DNA of 64,000 nucleotides, taken from the sequence record MN850584.1, one strand, 5' to 3'. Below, piece after piece: positions 8,902 to 18,044 of this stretch. Below the pieces are notes generated by a model, which saw only the letters and a program-made list of their open reading frames with translations, ran no database searches and was not told the origin of the DNA. Each line of letters starts with the position of its first letter. Position 1 is the stretch's first letter. The translations under genes and the position numbers were made by a program. Source of the stretch: Escherichia phage arall.

Positions 8902-9447
8902 TTAGTAATCATCATCCCAAGAAGATGCGTCGTAACGCTCTTCCTCTTCGAAATCCCAATTAATTTCTACTCCAAAATCTAAAAACAATTTAACAATGTT
9001 TTCTGTAGAGTAGTATTTATCATAAGCATTAGCTAGTTCCCAATACTTGTCACTCAATTTTTTATATTTAGGATCATTATAGTCATAATCTACTTTATAA
9101 CCATAATCATACATCTCTTGTTTAGCTTTAAGCATAGCTTCTGGTGTAAGAAGATTAGGGAACGGACGATTTCTTTCTTTTAACTTAGAAGCAATCCAGT
9201 TTGCAACATTCGCCACTTCACCATCTCGATTATCACCTAAACAACTTGCATAATCTCCATCTTCGTAAGTGCCTAAATCCCCACAGACCACATGTACAAT
9301 ACTTGAATACGATCCACACGTTTCACAATCTGAAAAAGTGTCTACTGTTGTAATATCAATAGATAAAACTGGTAAAGCCATAGCTTCTTTCACACAAGCC
9401 TCCTCATATAATAACATATCATCAAAACCCATATATCCTCCACACAA
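8902..9447 (-). CDS. hypothetical protein, acidic C-terminus
   Basis: 181 aa ORF. Confidence 0.55.
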   Translation of the reverse strand: MCGGYMGFDDMLLYEEACVKEAMALPVLSIDITTVDTFSDCETCGSYSSIVHVVCGDLGTYEDGDYASCLGDNRDGEVANVANWIASKLKERNRPFPNLLTPEAMLKAKQEMYDYGYKVDYDYNDPKYKKLSDKYWELANAYDKYYSTENIVKLFLDFGVEINWDFEEEERYDASSWDDDY

Positions 9448-9449
9448 AT

Positions 9450-9473
9450 AAAGCCCCTGATTGGGGCTTTGGT
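9450..9473 (-). terminator. rho-independent terminator
   Basis: hairpin AGCCCCTGATTGGGGCT with U-tract on - strand. Confidence 0.5.
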
Positions 9474-9486
9474 TAAGTTTTATGGA

Positions 9487-10098
9487 TTATACCAGACTTT
9501 TAAGGTACTTGTCAAGGGCTTCTTGATCACCTTGACAAACATAGCAACGGAAGTCTTGAGCAGAAGGTTCTTTGTCCTCGTCCCAATCCCAATAAACAGT
9601 ACCTTTATAACGTGAACCTGGGAACTCGAAATATGCCACATGAGTAATATGGTGTGGGCCACCCCAAAATTCTGTAAAAGTAAATTGAGGATACGCTGCT
9701 TTAACTGTATTCTCAAACCAAGTTTTACGATCTAATGCTTCGTTTATAAAATAAGCATGGCGTTCCATTTCATCCCAATCTTTCCAAACGCATTTTTCAT
9801 CCAGAGAAAAAACAAAATCTTCACTGTTAAAATCGTCTGTATCTGATTCCAAAATATCATAATCATGTGCACTAGGTATCCACCATCCAGCTTCTAATAG
9901 TGCTTTTGCAGGTACAAAACCTTTTTCAGCATATTGATCAAATTCTTTTACTCTACGTACAGTGCAGTATTCATCTTCACCACCAATGTCCAGCAGACAA
10001 GCACCTTTGCGTCTTGCTGCAAGACCATGTGTATCAAAAACTACAACACTACCTTCACCATCTTCACGATCTACTTGATATGCAACTTTTTGAGTCAT
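9487..10098 (-). CDS. hypothetical protein
   Basis: 203 aa ORF. Confidence 0.55.
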   Translation of the reverse strand: MTQKVAYQVDREDGEGSVVVFDTHGLAARRKGACLLDIGGEDEYCTVRRVKEFDQYAEKGFVPAKALLEAGWWIPSAHDYDILESDTDDFNSEDFVFSLDEKCVWKDWDEMERHAYFINEALDRKTWFENTVKAAYPQFTFTEFWGGPHHITHVAYFEFPGSRYKGTVYWDWDEDKEPSAQDFRCYVCQGDQEALDKYLKSLV

Positions 10099-10221
10099 AT
10101 TACCCCCAATGTATATGGGAAATTAACCAAAAGATAAATTCCCAAAAACACCAACCAAGAAAAGTTAATGGAATTATAAAAGCTATCAGAGCAGTCTTCC
10201 AGCCTTTCCACAATGTTTCCA

Positions 10222-11211
10222 CTATTCCTCCATACATTTAAGAATATGTGCAATGACAGGTATAGTCCAACCGTTGCCTAACATCTTATATGCTTGTGTG
10301 TTACTACTCACTTTAAAGTAATCATCTGGAACACCTTGTAAGCGGCAACACTCTTTAACCGTTAACTTTCTGTAATGTACGCCTTCACTCAATTTTTCAA
10401 AGGCATCTAGATATCTTCCAGGTGGAATGTAAGCTAATAGTACGTCTTTCGGCACAGTCGTGAGGCAACGAGTTTTTTCACTGTCCTGAACTTCCAAACA
10501 ATGTACCAAACGATCAGTTTTAGATGTACTACGTTTGCCATTCTCATTAATTCTACGCCCATATATTGCTGCCGGATAAAAAACCAGTTGTCTGCGACTC
10601 TTTTCAAAATACTGTTCTATATTACCACCTTTGGCATAATTTGCATCTATGCAATAAGCCTTATCTCTGTCTACAATACTATCATCTTCAATAATATCTT
10701 GCAACACTTCATTGGTAATCTCCCAGGGTTTTATTTCCCAGTTGCACCAGTATAAACGTTGTCTATTCTGTGCCGTGAAATCTGCGGAGTTAATGAATAC
10801 GGGATCAACACCTAAGTAACTTGTGATCACGTTTTCCCACTCCACTTTCATCTTAACGTTTTCAAGCATGAACTTAACATTAGGATTAAACTTTTTAATA
10901 TGTTCAAGAATTTCAACATATTCGAAGAATAGCTTAGATCGCGGATCTTGAAAGTTCAAACCCTTACCAGAAGAAGAGAAGCCTTGACACGGACTACCAC
11001 CTAACAAAAGATCAATTTCTCCCCACGGGATATCCCATTCTCTCCATTTTGTAACATCACCTAACTGAATAATATCTGGAAAATTTGCTTGGCTTTCAGC
11101 TATGGCAAATTTGTCTAATTCTGAAGCATAATATGTATCTACTTCAATACCTGCACTTTTTAGCGCAAGCATTCCTCCTGACATACCATCAAAAAGACTT
11201 AAAACTTTCAT
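10222..11211 (-). CDS. DNA (cytosine-5)-methyltransferase
   Basis: 329 aa; LFDGMSGG (motif I), GGSPCQGFS (catalytic PCQ), MLENVK (ENV). Confidence 0.85.
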   Translation of the reverse strand: MKVLSLFDGMSGGMLALKSAGIEVDTYYASELDKFAIAESQANFPDIIQLGDVTKWREWDIPWGEIDLLLGGSPCQGFSSSGKGLNFQDPRSKLFFEYVEILEHIKKFNPNVKFMLENVKMKVEWENVITSYLGVDPVFINSADFTAQNRQRLYWCNWEIKPWEITNEVLQDIIEDDSIVDRDKAYCIDANYAKGGNIEQYFEKSRRQLVFYPAAIYGRRINENGKRSTSKTDRLVHCLEVQDSEKTRCLTTVPKDVLLAYIPPGRYLDAFEKLSEGVHYRKLTVKECCRLQGVPDDYFKVSSNTQAYKMLGNGWTIPVIAHILKCMEE

Positions 11212-11213
11212 TA

Positions 11214-11624
11214 TTACTTCTTCTCCTTAACACTAGCTGGTAATTCTGCCTTGAGGCAGAAGTTTAAACGGTAAGCCTCATTCTCATTTAAAAGTACAGA
11301 TTCACACGATAACCAGAACAAGAGATCCTCAATACCAGGGCTGTTAAGCCAACAGTGCAGAAGAGAATGTTGTTCTATATCAATGTAATTTAGTAACAAG
11401 GCTTGTAAGGCGTAACTAGTTCCTGTCGTTTTTGCTTTTTCAAGGATGATATTGTGTTTACTAACAACTTTCTTCTTAAGACCAAACCATTTATTAACAA
11501 CAACAGTCTCTTCTTGTAGTTGTTTTCTTATTTTCTCACATTCTTTAACTACAATCTGCATCTTATCCACTGCTGATTGAAGTTGTTCTTTTGTTGGGTT
11601 TACAAAATAGTCACTATAGTACAT
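11214..11624 (-). CDS. hypothetical protein
   Basis: 136 aa ORF. Confidence 0.55.
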   Translation of the reverse strand: MYYSDYFVNPTKEQLQSAVDKMQIVVKECEKIRKQLQEETVVVNKWFGLKKKVVSKHNIILEKAKTTGTSYALQALLLNYIDIEQHSLLHCWLNSPGIEDLLFWLSCESVLLNENEAYRLNFCLKAELPASVKEKK

Positions 11625-11682
11625 GCTAATCTTCTCCTCTTCTGTTTTTCTGTAGTTTATTCGAAAAAACTGGTGTTGTCAA

Positions 11683-11708
11683 CAAAAAACCCGCCGAAGC
11701 GGGTTTAT
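11683..11708. terminator. terminator hairpin
   Basis: CCCGCCGAAGCGGG hairpin flanked by A-run and T-rich run. Confidence 0.5.
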
Positions 11709-11709
11709 A

Positions 11710-11967
11710 TTATTCTACAGGAACTTCTTCACCAAGAGAAACTTCTAAACGGAATGCTTTACTTTCAATACACTCACTACCTTTTAGAAAATCAAATTGC
11801 ACTATAGACTGACTTAATAGGATAGATAGAATCACATCACAATCTTCACTAGGAGCTAGATGTTTGTATTCTTCCTTCAAGGTAACATCATAAAAACATA
11901 AATCCCCTACTCCTAGTTCATCCCATCCTTCCCACGCATCTACAAAGTTAAACTCTAAACCTTTCAT
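11710..11967 (-). CDS. hypothetical protein
   Basis: 85 aa ORF. Confidence 0.5.
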   Translation of the reverse strand: MKGLEFNFVDAWEGWDELGVGDLCFYDVTLKEEYKHLAPSEDCDVILSILLSQSIVQFDFLKGSECIESKAFRLEVSLGEEVPVE

Positions 11968-12488
11968 ACAACCTCCTCGTAGTTGTTATTGTGTTTTACT
12001 GTCTCAACATACAATAAAGATTCCATCTGTAATACATTACCAGAAATAATAAACCCGTAAGCCATTTCAGATGTGTCTATATCATATGCCCCGTCTTCCG
12101 GTTTAGCAAAGTGTAAAACTATTTCATCTGGGTTTTCTTCATCCCATAGTTTAGAAATTTTCCGAACCAGAATGTTAGCTAAAATAGTTGACATTCGGGA
12201 TAAAGCTGTATCCTCGTATCTTTTAAAACCTAACCAATAGAGGTTAAGAATTTCTACTTCTTCTTGTGTTAAGTTTTTGTCTAAAGTAATCAGATCTGTA
12301 GGATACATCGTTTTTGTTGAACCTACTGTTACAAAACCTGGAGTGTTATGAAAAACAATCTTAACTTTATCACGTATAAAGTTTAAACCTTGTGCCTCAA
12401 CTATATATTGTATTGTAGGTACAATATCGTTTGTTACATCAATAAAACTATCTTTAATGACGCTTATATTATTTCTGGACAAGACCAT
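11964..12488 (-). CDS. hypothetical protein
   Basis: 174 aa ORF. Confidence 0.55.
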   Translation of the reverse strand: MVLSRNNISVIKDSFIDVTNDIVPTIQYIVEAQGLNFIRDKVKIVFHNTPGFVTVGSTKTMYPTDLITLDKNLTQEEVEILNLYWLGFKRYEDTALSRMSTILANILVRKISKLWDEENPDEIVLHFAKPEDGAYDIDTSEMAYGFIISGNVLQMESLLYVETVKHNNNYEEVV

Positions 12489-13050
12489 TCTCCTCTAAAA
12501 TAGGCTTAATAAATTCGAAAATTTGTTTTTTACTTTTATCTCGAATATTAAAACAAGGAACATTAAACTTTTTAGCCAACATCCAAGCTGTTCTTGTACC
12601 ACCTAAAGGATCTCCATTTTTATCTGTATTTGCACAAGCTAAAAGAAAACAAGATGGTTTTGGATTCTCAAGATCTCTTCCAAGAACTTGGTGGATATTT
12701 CTTTGATGTAATTTTTTAGCACCTTGAGATAATCTGTCCCAAGCTGGATGCAATTCTTTTGCATATTGCAAGGTTAGAGCATAGTTTACACTATCTGGTC
12801 TGTCAAGAACAATAACCTCTCCCTCTATTTCATTACCTTTAAACGAGAGCCAAGGGATGTATATTTCTTTCTTTGTATTGTTCCCACTATCATATACCCC
12901 GCATTCAAATGCGGAATCTGCACCTTCTGCTTTACCAGATCGCAAAATGAACCATGTAGATAACCATTTTGCAACAGATACCATAGTATCCCATTCTTCG
13001 TCTGTAATATCTCTGCTACCAACACCTGTGTAGAATAAATCGCTCATGGT
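12469..13050 (-). CDS. Rossmann-fold SLOG/DprA-like nucleotide-binding protein
   Basis: ORF track trimmed to M28 (RBS AAGGAGAA); YTGVGSR...RSGKAEGADSAF resembles the GxGxR...G(A)xGxD signature of Smf/DprA/LOG folds. Confidence 0.45.
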   Translation of the reverse strand, partial: TMSDLFYTGVGSRDITDEEWDTMVSVAKWLSTWFILRSGKAEGADSAFECGVYDSGNNTKKEIYIPWLSFKGNEIEGEVIVLDRPDSVNYALTLQYAKELHPAWDRLSQGAKKLHQRNIHQVLGRDLENPKPSCFLLACANTDKNGDPLGGTRTAWMLAKKFNVPCFNIRDKSKKQIFEFIKPILEENGLVQK

Positions 13051-13057
13051 TTTCTCC

Positions 13058-13378
13058 TTAACAAGTAATATTGGGAGTAACAATTGGATTAACAATTGGA
13101 GTAATAGGGTACGTAAACCAAGGGCTTCCAATTTCCCAAGGATAATAAGGTCTACGAGGATCGTATGGAGGAGTTACTTCAGGCTTTTTCCAAATCTCCG
13201 CTAATTGTTTCTTCCATTTATCCCTTGCTGTCTCATTATCTTCATCCAACTGTTCATCATTATCTTTTATTTCTGGTTTTGGAAATAAAAGCTCTTTGAC
13301 TAATTCAACATCTTCCGTCTCAATAGTAGTTTCTTTCGTAAGTTCTCCTACTGTTTCTTTAATTGTGATTTTATACAT
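13058..13378 (-). CDS. hypothetical Pro/Glu-rich protein
   Basis: 106 aa ORF. Confidence 0.5.
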   Translation of the reverse strand: MYKITIKETVGELTKETTIETEDVELVKELLFPKPEIKDNDEQLDEDNETARDKWKKQLAEIWKKPEVTPPYDPRRPYYPWEIGSPWFTYPITPIVNPIVTPNITC

Positions 13379-14124
13379 TAGTCCTCCTCTAAAGTAGAAT
13401 AAAATTGTAACGTATTTGAATCATCAAAATATGCAAAGGTTAAATTACCATTGAAGCAAGATCCTGTGTCCATATATACCCTATTACTGCTAATCACAGG
13501 TTTAGGAACATAAGAATGCCCGTGAAATACATAATCTACTCCTGAAACCCTAGGAAGAAGAATCCCTTCAAGTGCGCAATCTATCATATCACGATCCCAC
13601 ATTAAAGATTCTGTGAATTGAGAAACTTGCTCTTTATTCATATTCAAACAAAATGGCAAAACTTCTGTCACTGGTAAATGTTCCAAAACTGAAGGATACC
13701 CACCGTGAATAAAGCCTAGTTTCATATTACGATAATTGACAACAAGTACAACAGGTAAATCTTCTAGCATCAAAGCAAGAGCAGTTGCACCCTCTTCTCC
13801 ACACTCGTCTAGAACTGTATGGCCTCCGTTCTGAAACCAACATTCGTAATATCGTCTATCACCTTCTAACAACCCTTTAATCATCATATCTTCATGATTT
13901 CCACGAATACCATAACGATTTAGCTTTCTGGTGAATTCAACAACACAACGAAAATTCTGCTTGCCGCGATCTGTAAGATCTCCTAAAGATACAACAACAT
14001 CTTGATCTCGGATACCTAAAGTATTAACACCTTTCTGGTACAAATCAAAGCAACCATGTAAATCACCAATAATAAACAGGTCTTGATCATCTTTTACACT
14101 AATTTCTTGATATACTAACATCAA
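13378..14124 (-). CDS. Ser/Thr protein phosphatase (calcineurin-like metallophosphoesterase)
   Basis: 248 aa; GDLHGC, GDLTDRG, GNHEDM motifs. Confidence 0.85.
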   Translation of the reverse strand: MMLVYQEISVKDDQDLFIIGDLHGCFDLYQKGVNTLGIRDQDVVVSLGDLTDRGKQNFRCVVEFTRKLNRYGIRGNHEDMMIKGLLEGDRRYYECWFQNGGHTVLDECGEEGATALALMLEDLPVVLVVNYRNMKLGFIHGGYPSVLEHLPVTEVLPFCLNMNKEQVSQFTESLMWDRDMIDCALEGILLPRVSGVDYVFHGHSYVPKPVISSNRVYMDTGSCFNGNLTFAYFDDSNTLQFYSTLEED

Positions 14125-14447
14125 CTCTCCTCAAAATCCATAAGTATAAAGATATTAACTTTACCTTCTATATTATGTTCTACAACAAGATCTGCAAATT
14201 CTTTGTAGGCTTTTTCTTCTATTTGTTCAATGTGAGACGCTACATCTTTGTATATAGCGTCACCATCTACTTTAACAAGGAGGAATAGAGATCTTACTTC
14301 AATCTCTTTATTTTTACGGGGTAGAAAATCGACGGCTTCTTGTATACGCCAGCCGAGATACCCTGGAGTCCTTTGAATATCCTCCAAATGACTTTCTAAG
14401 ATTTCCCTTCCTTTGTCTATTAAAGCCTGTTCTGTCGTTATTTTCAT
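14121..14447 (-). CDS. hypothetical protein
   Basis: 108 aa ORF. Confidence 0.5.
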   Translation of the reverse strand: MKITTEQALIDKGREILESHLEDIQRTPGYLGWRIQEAVDFLPRKNKEIEVRSLFLLVKVDGDAIYKDVASHIEQIEEKAYKEFADLVVEHNIEGKVNIFILMDFEES

Positions 14448-14457
14448 CCCCTTCTCC

Positions 14458-15030
14458 TTAATGTGTTAATGAAACTGCGTAGCTAAACACAGGTTCAGAT
14501 ATTACATCGGCTACAGTAATAAAAACGTCTTCGTCTTGAGTTGTTTCTACACGACATACAGTTACACCATTCACCACGAATTCAACGCAATGTGGAATAT
14601 CTTCACAAACGAAGGTAGTGTAAGTAACACCCAAAGCATCATACAAAGATTTAACAGTGTTTGCAAGTGCCGCAGTTTCTTCTTTTTCTGAGACAATGAA
14701 TGCTGTAACAACAAGATTGTTTGCATAGTTTAGACTGTCCTCTATAGCCAATGATTTACAAGGTAGTAATGCAAAATATTTACCTGGTTTAATCAGACCT
14801 GCTTCCCATTGATTCAAAATTGCCTGGGATGGTTTAGTAATATAAAACAGATTTTCACTTGGGTTATCAATATTACTTCTGGCGATACAACGTGAAGGAT
14901 TATTATTATCAAATACATGATCAAAATCTACACAAACAGGTAAACTGAAAGGTGTGAATTTTTTACCTAATAATCCTATGGCTGATAATATGTTTGCTGT
15001 GCTTATCTTCCCGTTAAAAGCTAAACGCAT
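14458..15030 (-). CDS. hypothetical protein
   Basis: 190 aa ORF. Confidence 0.55.
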   Translation of the reverse strand: MRLAFNGKISTANILSAIGLLGKKFTPFSLPVCVDFDHVFDNNNPSRCIARSNIDNPSENLFYITKPSQAILNQWEAGLIKPGKYFALLPCKSLAIEDSLNYANNLVVTAFIVSEKEETAALANTVKSLYDALGVTYTTFVCEDIPHCVEFVVNGVTVCRVETTQDEDVFITVADVISEPVFSYAVSLTH

Positions 15031-15041
15031 ATTTAACTCCT

Positions 15042-15245
15042 TTAACTAGCAACCGTAACTTCCGAACTTTCTTCTTTCGTACTGTCTACGATATGCCTGG
15101 TGGCAATATACGAGACTTGCCAGTTACCATCTGGTGTAGTCTCAATAAGTACCCTATCTACTTCGAGAAAATGCAAAAATTCAACCATCGCTCGCTTCGA
15201 TAGGAATTGTTTTTTAACAGTCTCCTCAAAAGATTGAACTGCCAT
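15042..15245 (-). CDS. hypothetical protein
   Basis: 67 aa ORF. Confidence 0.45.
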   Translation of the reverse strand: MAVQSFEETVKKQFLSKRAMVEFLHFLEVDRVLIETTPDGNWQVSYIATRHIVDSTKEESSEVTVAS

Positions 15246-15254
15246 GTTTCCTCC

Positions 15255-15917
15255 TTATTTAATATTCAATTTTGCACAAAGACGTTGTACCGCTTTGGCA
15301 TCGAACAAACTCCCACGAATAGTTCTCTTTCCTGATTCATTCAGATGTTTTGCAATCGTCATATATGGCGTTTTACAAGCTCTGTATGCAACTAAAGAAT
15401 CTTTTAAAGAAAGCGCAAACTCTTTTGAGCGTTTTGCTTCTTCCGTTTTCGTATAATCTGTTCTTTTGTATTTAGGGTTTGCTGCACCAAGAAGCGTTCC
15501 CTTCGCTTTTGCTACTTTAAGGCTCTTCTTAACACGATCAGATATTGCACGAGCCTCTTCTTCTGCCAGAACTGCTAAAATATTTATTATCATATTTTCA
15601 GCGGAGGGCATAGTTGCTATTCGTACATTAATCATCTCTAACAAGGTTGCAACAGAAGCTGTGTTACGTCCAAGACGGTCAACCTTAGCAACAACAAGTG
15701 TAGCACCTGTTTCTTTGCAAAGATTAACAGCTTTTACAAGCTCTCTACGTTGCTTCCAATCGCCTTTACCCGAATAAAACTCTGCAAAGCTACCTACAAT
15801 AGTATAATTTTCTTGTGAATCCAGGAAGCGTTGGATATCTGCTTCCTGTGATTCTATACCATACTGGTTGCCTTGTTGTTTCTTCTTAGAAAGTCGATGA
15901 TACAGTACAAACTTCAT
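15255..15917 (-). CDS. serine recombinase (resolvase/invertase family)
   Basis: 220 aa; N-terminal YHRLSKKKQ (catalytic Ser), LVVAKVDRLGRN, ISDRVKKSLKVAKAKG; C-terminal HTH-like region. Confidence 0.75.
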   Translation of the reverse strand: MKFVLYHRLSKKKQQGNQYGIESQEADIQRFLDSQENYTIVGSFAEFYSGKGDWKQRRELVKAVNLCKETGATLVVAKVDRLGRNTASVATLLEMINVRIATMPSAENMIINILAVLAEEEARAISDRVKKSLKVAKAKGTLLGAANPKYKRTDYTKTEEAKRSKEFALSLKDSLVAYRACKTPYMTIAKHLNESGKRTIRGSLFDAKAVQRLCAKLNIK

Positions 15918-15974
15918 AATACCCTCCTGTTCTGTTACAGGAAGTATGCACTACCTTAACGTTAAAGTCAACAG

Positions 15975-16190
15975 TTAAGTAGTGGTAATATCATCTTCTT
16001 GAATATCAGGATCAACTTCTGCAAAGATAGCTTCTACAGGAATTTCTTCACCTGCTATTCTAGAAAGAAGCACTGAACCAATAGCTTTTGCGTGTTCTTC
16101 GGATTCCGCATAAACATTAGTCCCTGTGTCTTTTTTCTTAGTTTCGTTAAAATATACCAGATAGTAATTGTATGCCATTATTCTTCCCAA
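15975..16190 (-). CDS. hypothetical protein
   Basis: 71 aa ORF. Confidence 0.45.
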   Translation of the reverse strand: MGRIMAYNYYLVYFNETKKKDTGTNVYAESEEHAKAIGSVLLSRIAGEEIPVEAIFAEVDPDIQEDDITTT

Positions 16191-16429
16191 TCGTTGTTAC
16201 GAGCATTTTCAAGAACCTTGACAACTTCTGCATACTCTACAGCTAAACCAGCACACACTTCAGCTTGTTTTGCAATTGCTTGTTTAAAGAACATAGCGAT
16301 TGCAACACTCTGTGTTGTGTGAATGTTATCTGCTTTAGTTGATACGTGAAGATCAAAATCTTCTTCATCAAAGGTGAGTTCCATAGTAACAATAAATTTC
16401 TCGGTCATAAAAATGCTCCTCTTAAACAA
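16178..16429 (-). CDS. hypothetical protein
   Basis: 83 aa ORF. Confidence 0.45.
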   Translation of the reverse strand: MFKRSIFMTEKFIVTMELTFDEEDFDLHVSTKADNIHTTQSVAIAMFFKQAIAKQAEVCAGLAVEYAEVVKVLENARNNDWEE

Positions 16430-16931
16430 AATAGAAAGGTTGAGTTAAACCCAGCCTGTTTTTTGGGTCGTAGACGTACCAAGCATATGCTGTCTTATCA
16501 GTACCACCTGCAACAAAAGATGGTCGTTCAGAAAGAACAATCAAATTTGTTGGTGGATTCTGTTTATGGAATTCCCTTCGTTTAATAGACTCTAGGAAAC
16601 CAAGACGCAACAAGTATATGCAAACGTCTGCTTCTTTTAAGCTCTTTTGCAAGAACTCAAGTGCAAGTTTGAATGGGGGATTTGTGATTATAATATCCGG
16701 CTTAGTATACCATTCATGGTTAAAATAATCTTTCCCTTCTTCTAACTCACAATATTCTGATCCTTCTGGAAAATGTTGATAAATTGCAGCAGCAGCGCCT
16801 TTACACGGTTCTGCAAAAATAAAACCTTCTTCTTTAAGGTTATTAAAATCTATTACACTAAATAATGCATTTATACATTTTTGTGGAGTAGGATAGTAAT
16901 CAGTTGGTGGACGATCATACTTATTTGCCAC
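16422..16931 (-). CDS. small DNA N6-adenine methyltransferase-like protein
   Basis: 169 aa; DYYPTP and TNPPF (motif IV of amino-methyltransferases). Confidence 0.65.
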   Translation of the reverse strand: MANKYDRPPTDYYPTPQKCINALFSVIDFNNLKEEGFIFAEPCKGAAAAIYQHFPEGSEYCELEEGKDYFNHEWYTKPDIIITNPPFKLALEFLQKSLKEADVCIYLLRLGFLESIKRREFHKQNPPTNLIVLSERPSFVAGGTDKTAYAWYVYDPKNRLGLTQPFYFV

Positions 16932-17349
16932 TACTTAAAATCTCCTCTTTTGTGATTTCAGGGTCTTCTTCAAAAACCATAATATCTCTTAAGAACGTTA
17001 ATTCTTCCATAGATACTGGTATTGTATCTTCTTCTGTTTTTCGTTTACATAAATCGTCAAGAAAGTTTTTAAAGTTTTCTGACAAATCGTAAAATTTCAA
17101 CAGTTGATAATCACAGGAGGAGATCCTATCTAGTTCTAACATTCTTTCTAAGATATTTTCTGTGTTGCCATACAGCACACGAACTTCTCCGAAAGGGTTG
17201 ACTGAATATTGTGAAGTTCTGAACCATCCCTTTTTAGATACAGTGTAACGCTGTTCTGCTAAACTTTCAATAAAATTTTTAGCTCTTTTACAGTTTTGTT
17301 CTAAAGAGTAGTAGGCTTTTTCTACAAAGGTTACAGGTACTGGTAACAT
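16921..17349 (-). CDS. hypothetical protein
   Basis: 142 aa ORF. Confidence 0.5.
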   Translation of the reverse strand: MLPVPVTFVEKAYYSLEQNCKRAKNFIESLAEQRYTVSKKGWFRTSQYSVNPFGEVRVLYGNTENILERMLELDRISSCDYQLLKFYDLSENFKNFLDDLCKRKTEEDTIPVSMEELTFLRDIMVFEEDPEITKEEILSSGK

Positions 17350-17359
17350 ATCTCCTCCT

Positions 17360-17380
17360 AATAAACCCCCTTGAGGGGGT
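17360..17380 (-). terminator. rho-independent terminator
   Basis: hairpin CCCCCTTGAGGGGG with U-tract on - strand. Confidence 0.5.
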
Positions 17381-17390
17381 TTGTGTTAGA

Positions 17391-18044
17391 TTAATTATCA
17401 GAGGATACTTTATCAAGTTTTTCAGAGACTGTCAATACTTTTTCTTGTGATTCTTTCATTTCTGCTAAAATACTTTCAGCTTCATCACTATCAGGATCAC
17501 CAGTCAACAGCATACTAATTAGTTGCTCCTTGCTGAAGTTCAGAATATCTTCCGCTGTTAGTTCCAGTTGTTCTTCGATCTCTTCAATAAAAGTTTCACC
17601 ACCGGAAAAAGCATCTCGTAGTTTTGCAACTTCCATCGCTTCTTCTGGAGTTGCCCCTGCATCTAAAGCTGCTAAAGCAAAATCTGCCCCACTACCAACA
17701 GCATAATAATCTTCAGTTAAAGGATATGCTCGCGTTGGATTATTACCCTCGTGCATATAAATTTTACCGTCTGGGTGAACAACCAATGCCACAAACTCTT
17801 CATCTTCTTTATCAGGATCTGACTGGATCACCAAACCTGGGATTGTCTCTTGTGCTGCTTGGCATTGTAAGTTTTGTTCGAACCAAGAAAAGAAAGTCAG
17901 GATAGAAGACAGACGTCCTGCACCACCAACAAGGTAATCCCCAATTTTACGCACTTTCTTGAAATTTAAAGTGTCTACACGACTACCTACTGTTACTTTA
18001 CCATCAGATAGAATTTTGTTATGTGTTGCAATAATTGTTGTCAT
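17391..18044 (-). CDS. HslV-like (proteasome beta-type Ntn-hydrolase) peptidase with acidic C-terminal extension
   Basis: 217 aa; N-terminal MTTII (Thr nucleophile), KKVRKIGDYLVGGAG, GSGADFALAA parallel E. coli HslV MTTIV...KKVRR...GFAGG...GSGG. Confidence 0.6.
   Translation of the reverse strand: MTTIIATHNKILSDGKVTVGSRVDTLNFKKVRKIGDYLVGGAGRLSSILTFFSWFEQNLQCQAAQETIPGLVIQSDPDKEDEEFVALVVHPDGKIYMHEGNNPTRAYPLTEDYYAVGSGADFALAALDAGATPEEAMEVAKLRDAFSGGETFIEEIEEQLELTAEDILNFSKEQLISMLLTGDPDSDEAESILAEMKESQEKVLTVSEKLDKVSSDN

Noticed and set aside
15255-15917. Interpretation of the serine recombinase as a prophage integrase marking a lysogenic element
   Set aside because: It is a small resolvase/invertase type without the large C-terminal domain of serine integrases, and no att-like repeats or repressor/Cro pair were seen; the window otherwise looks virulent.
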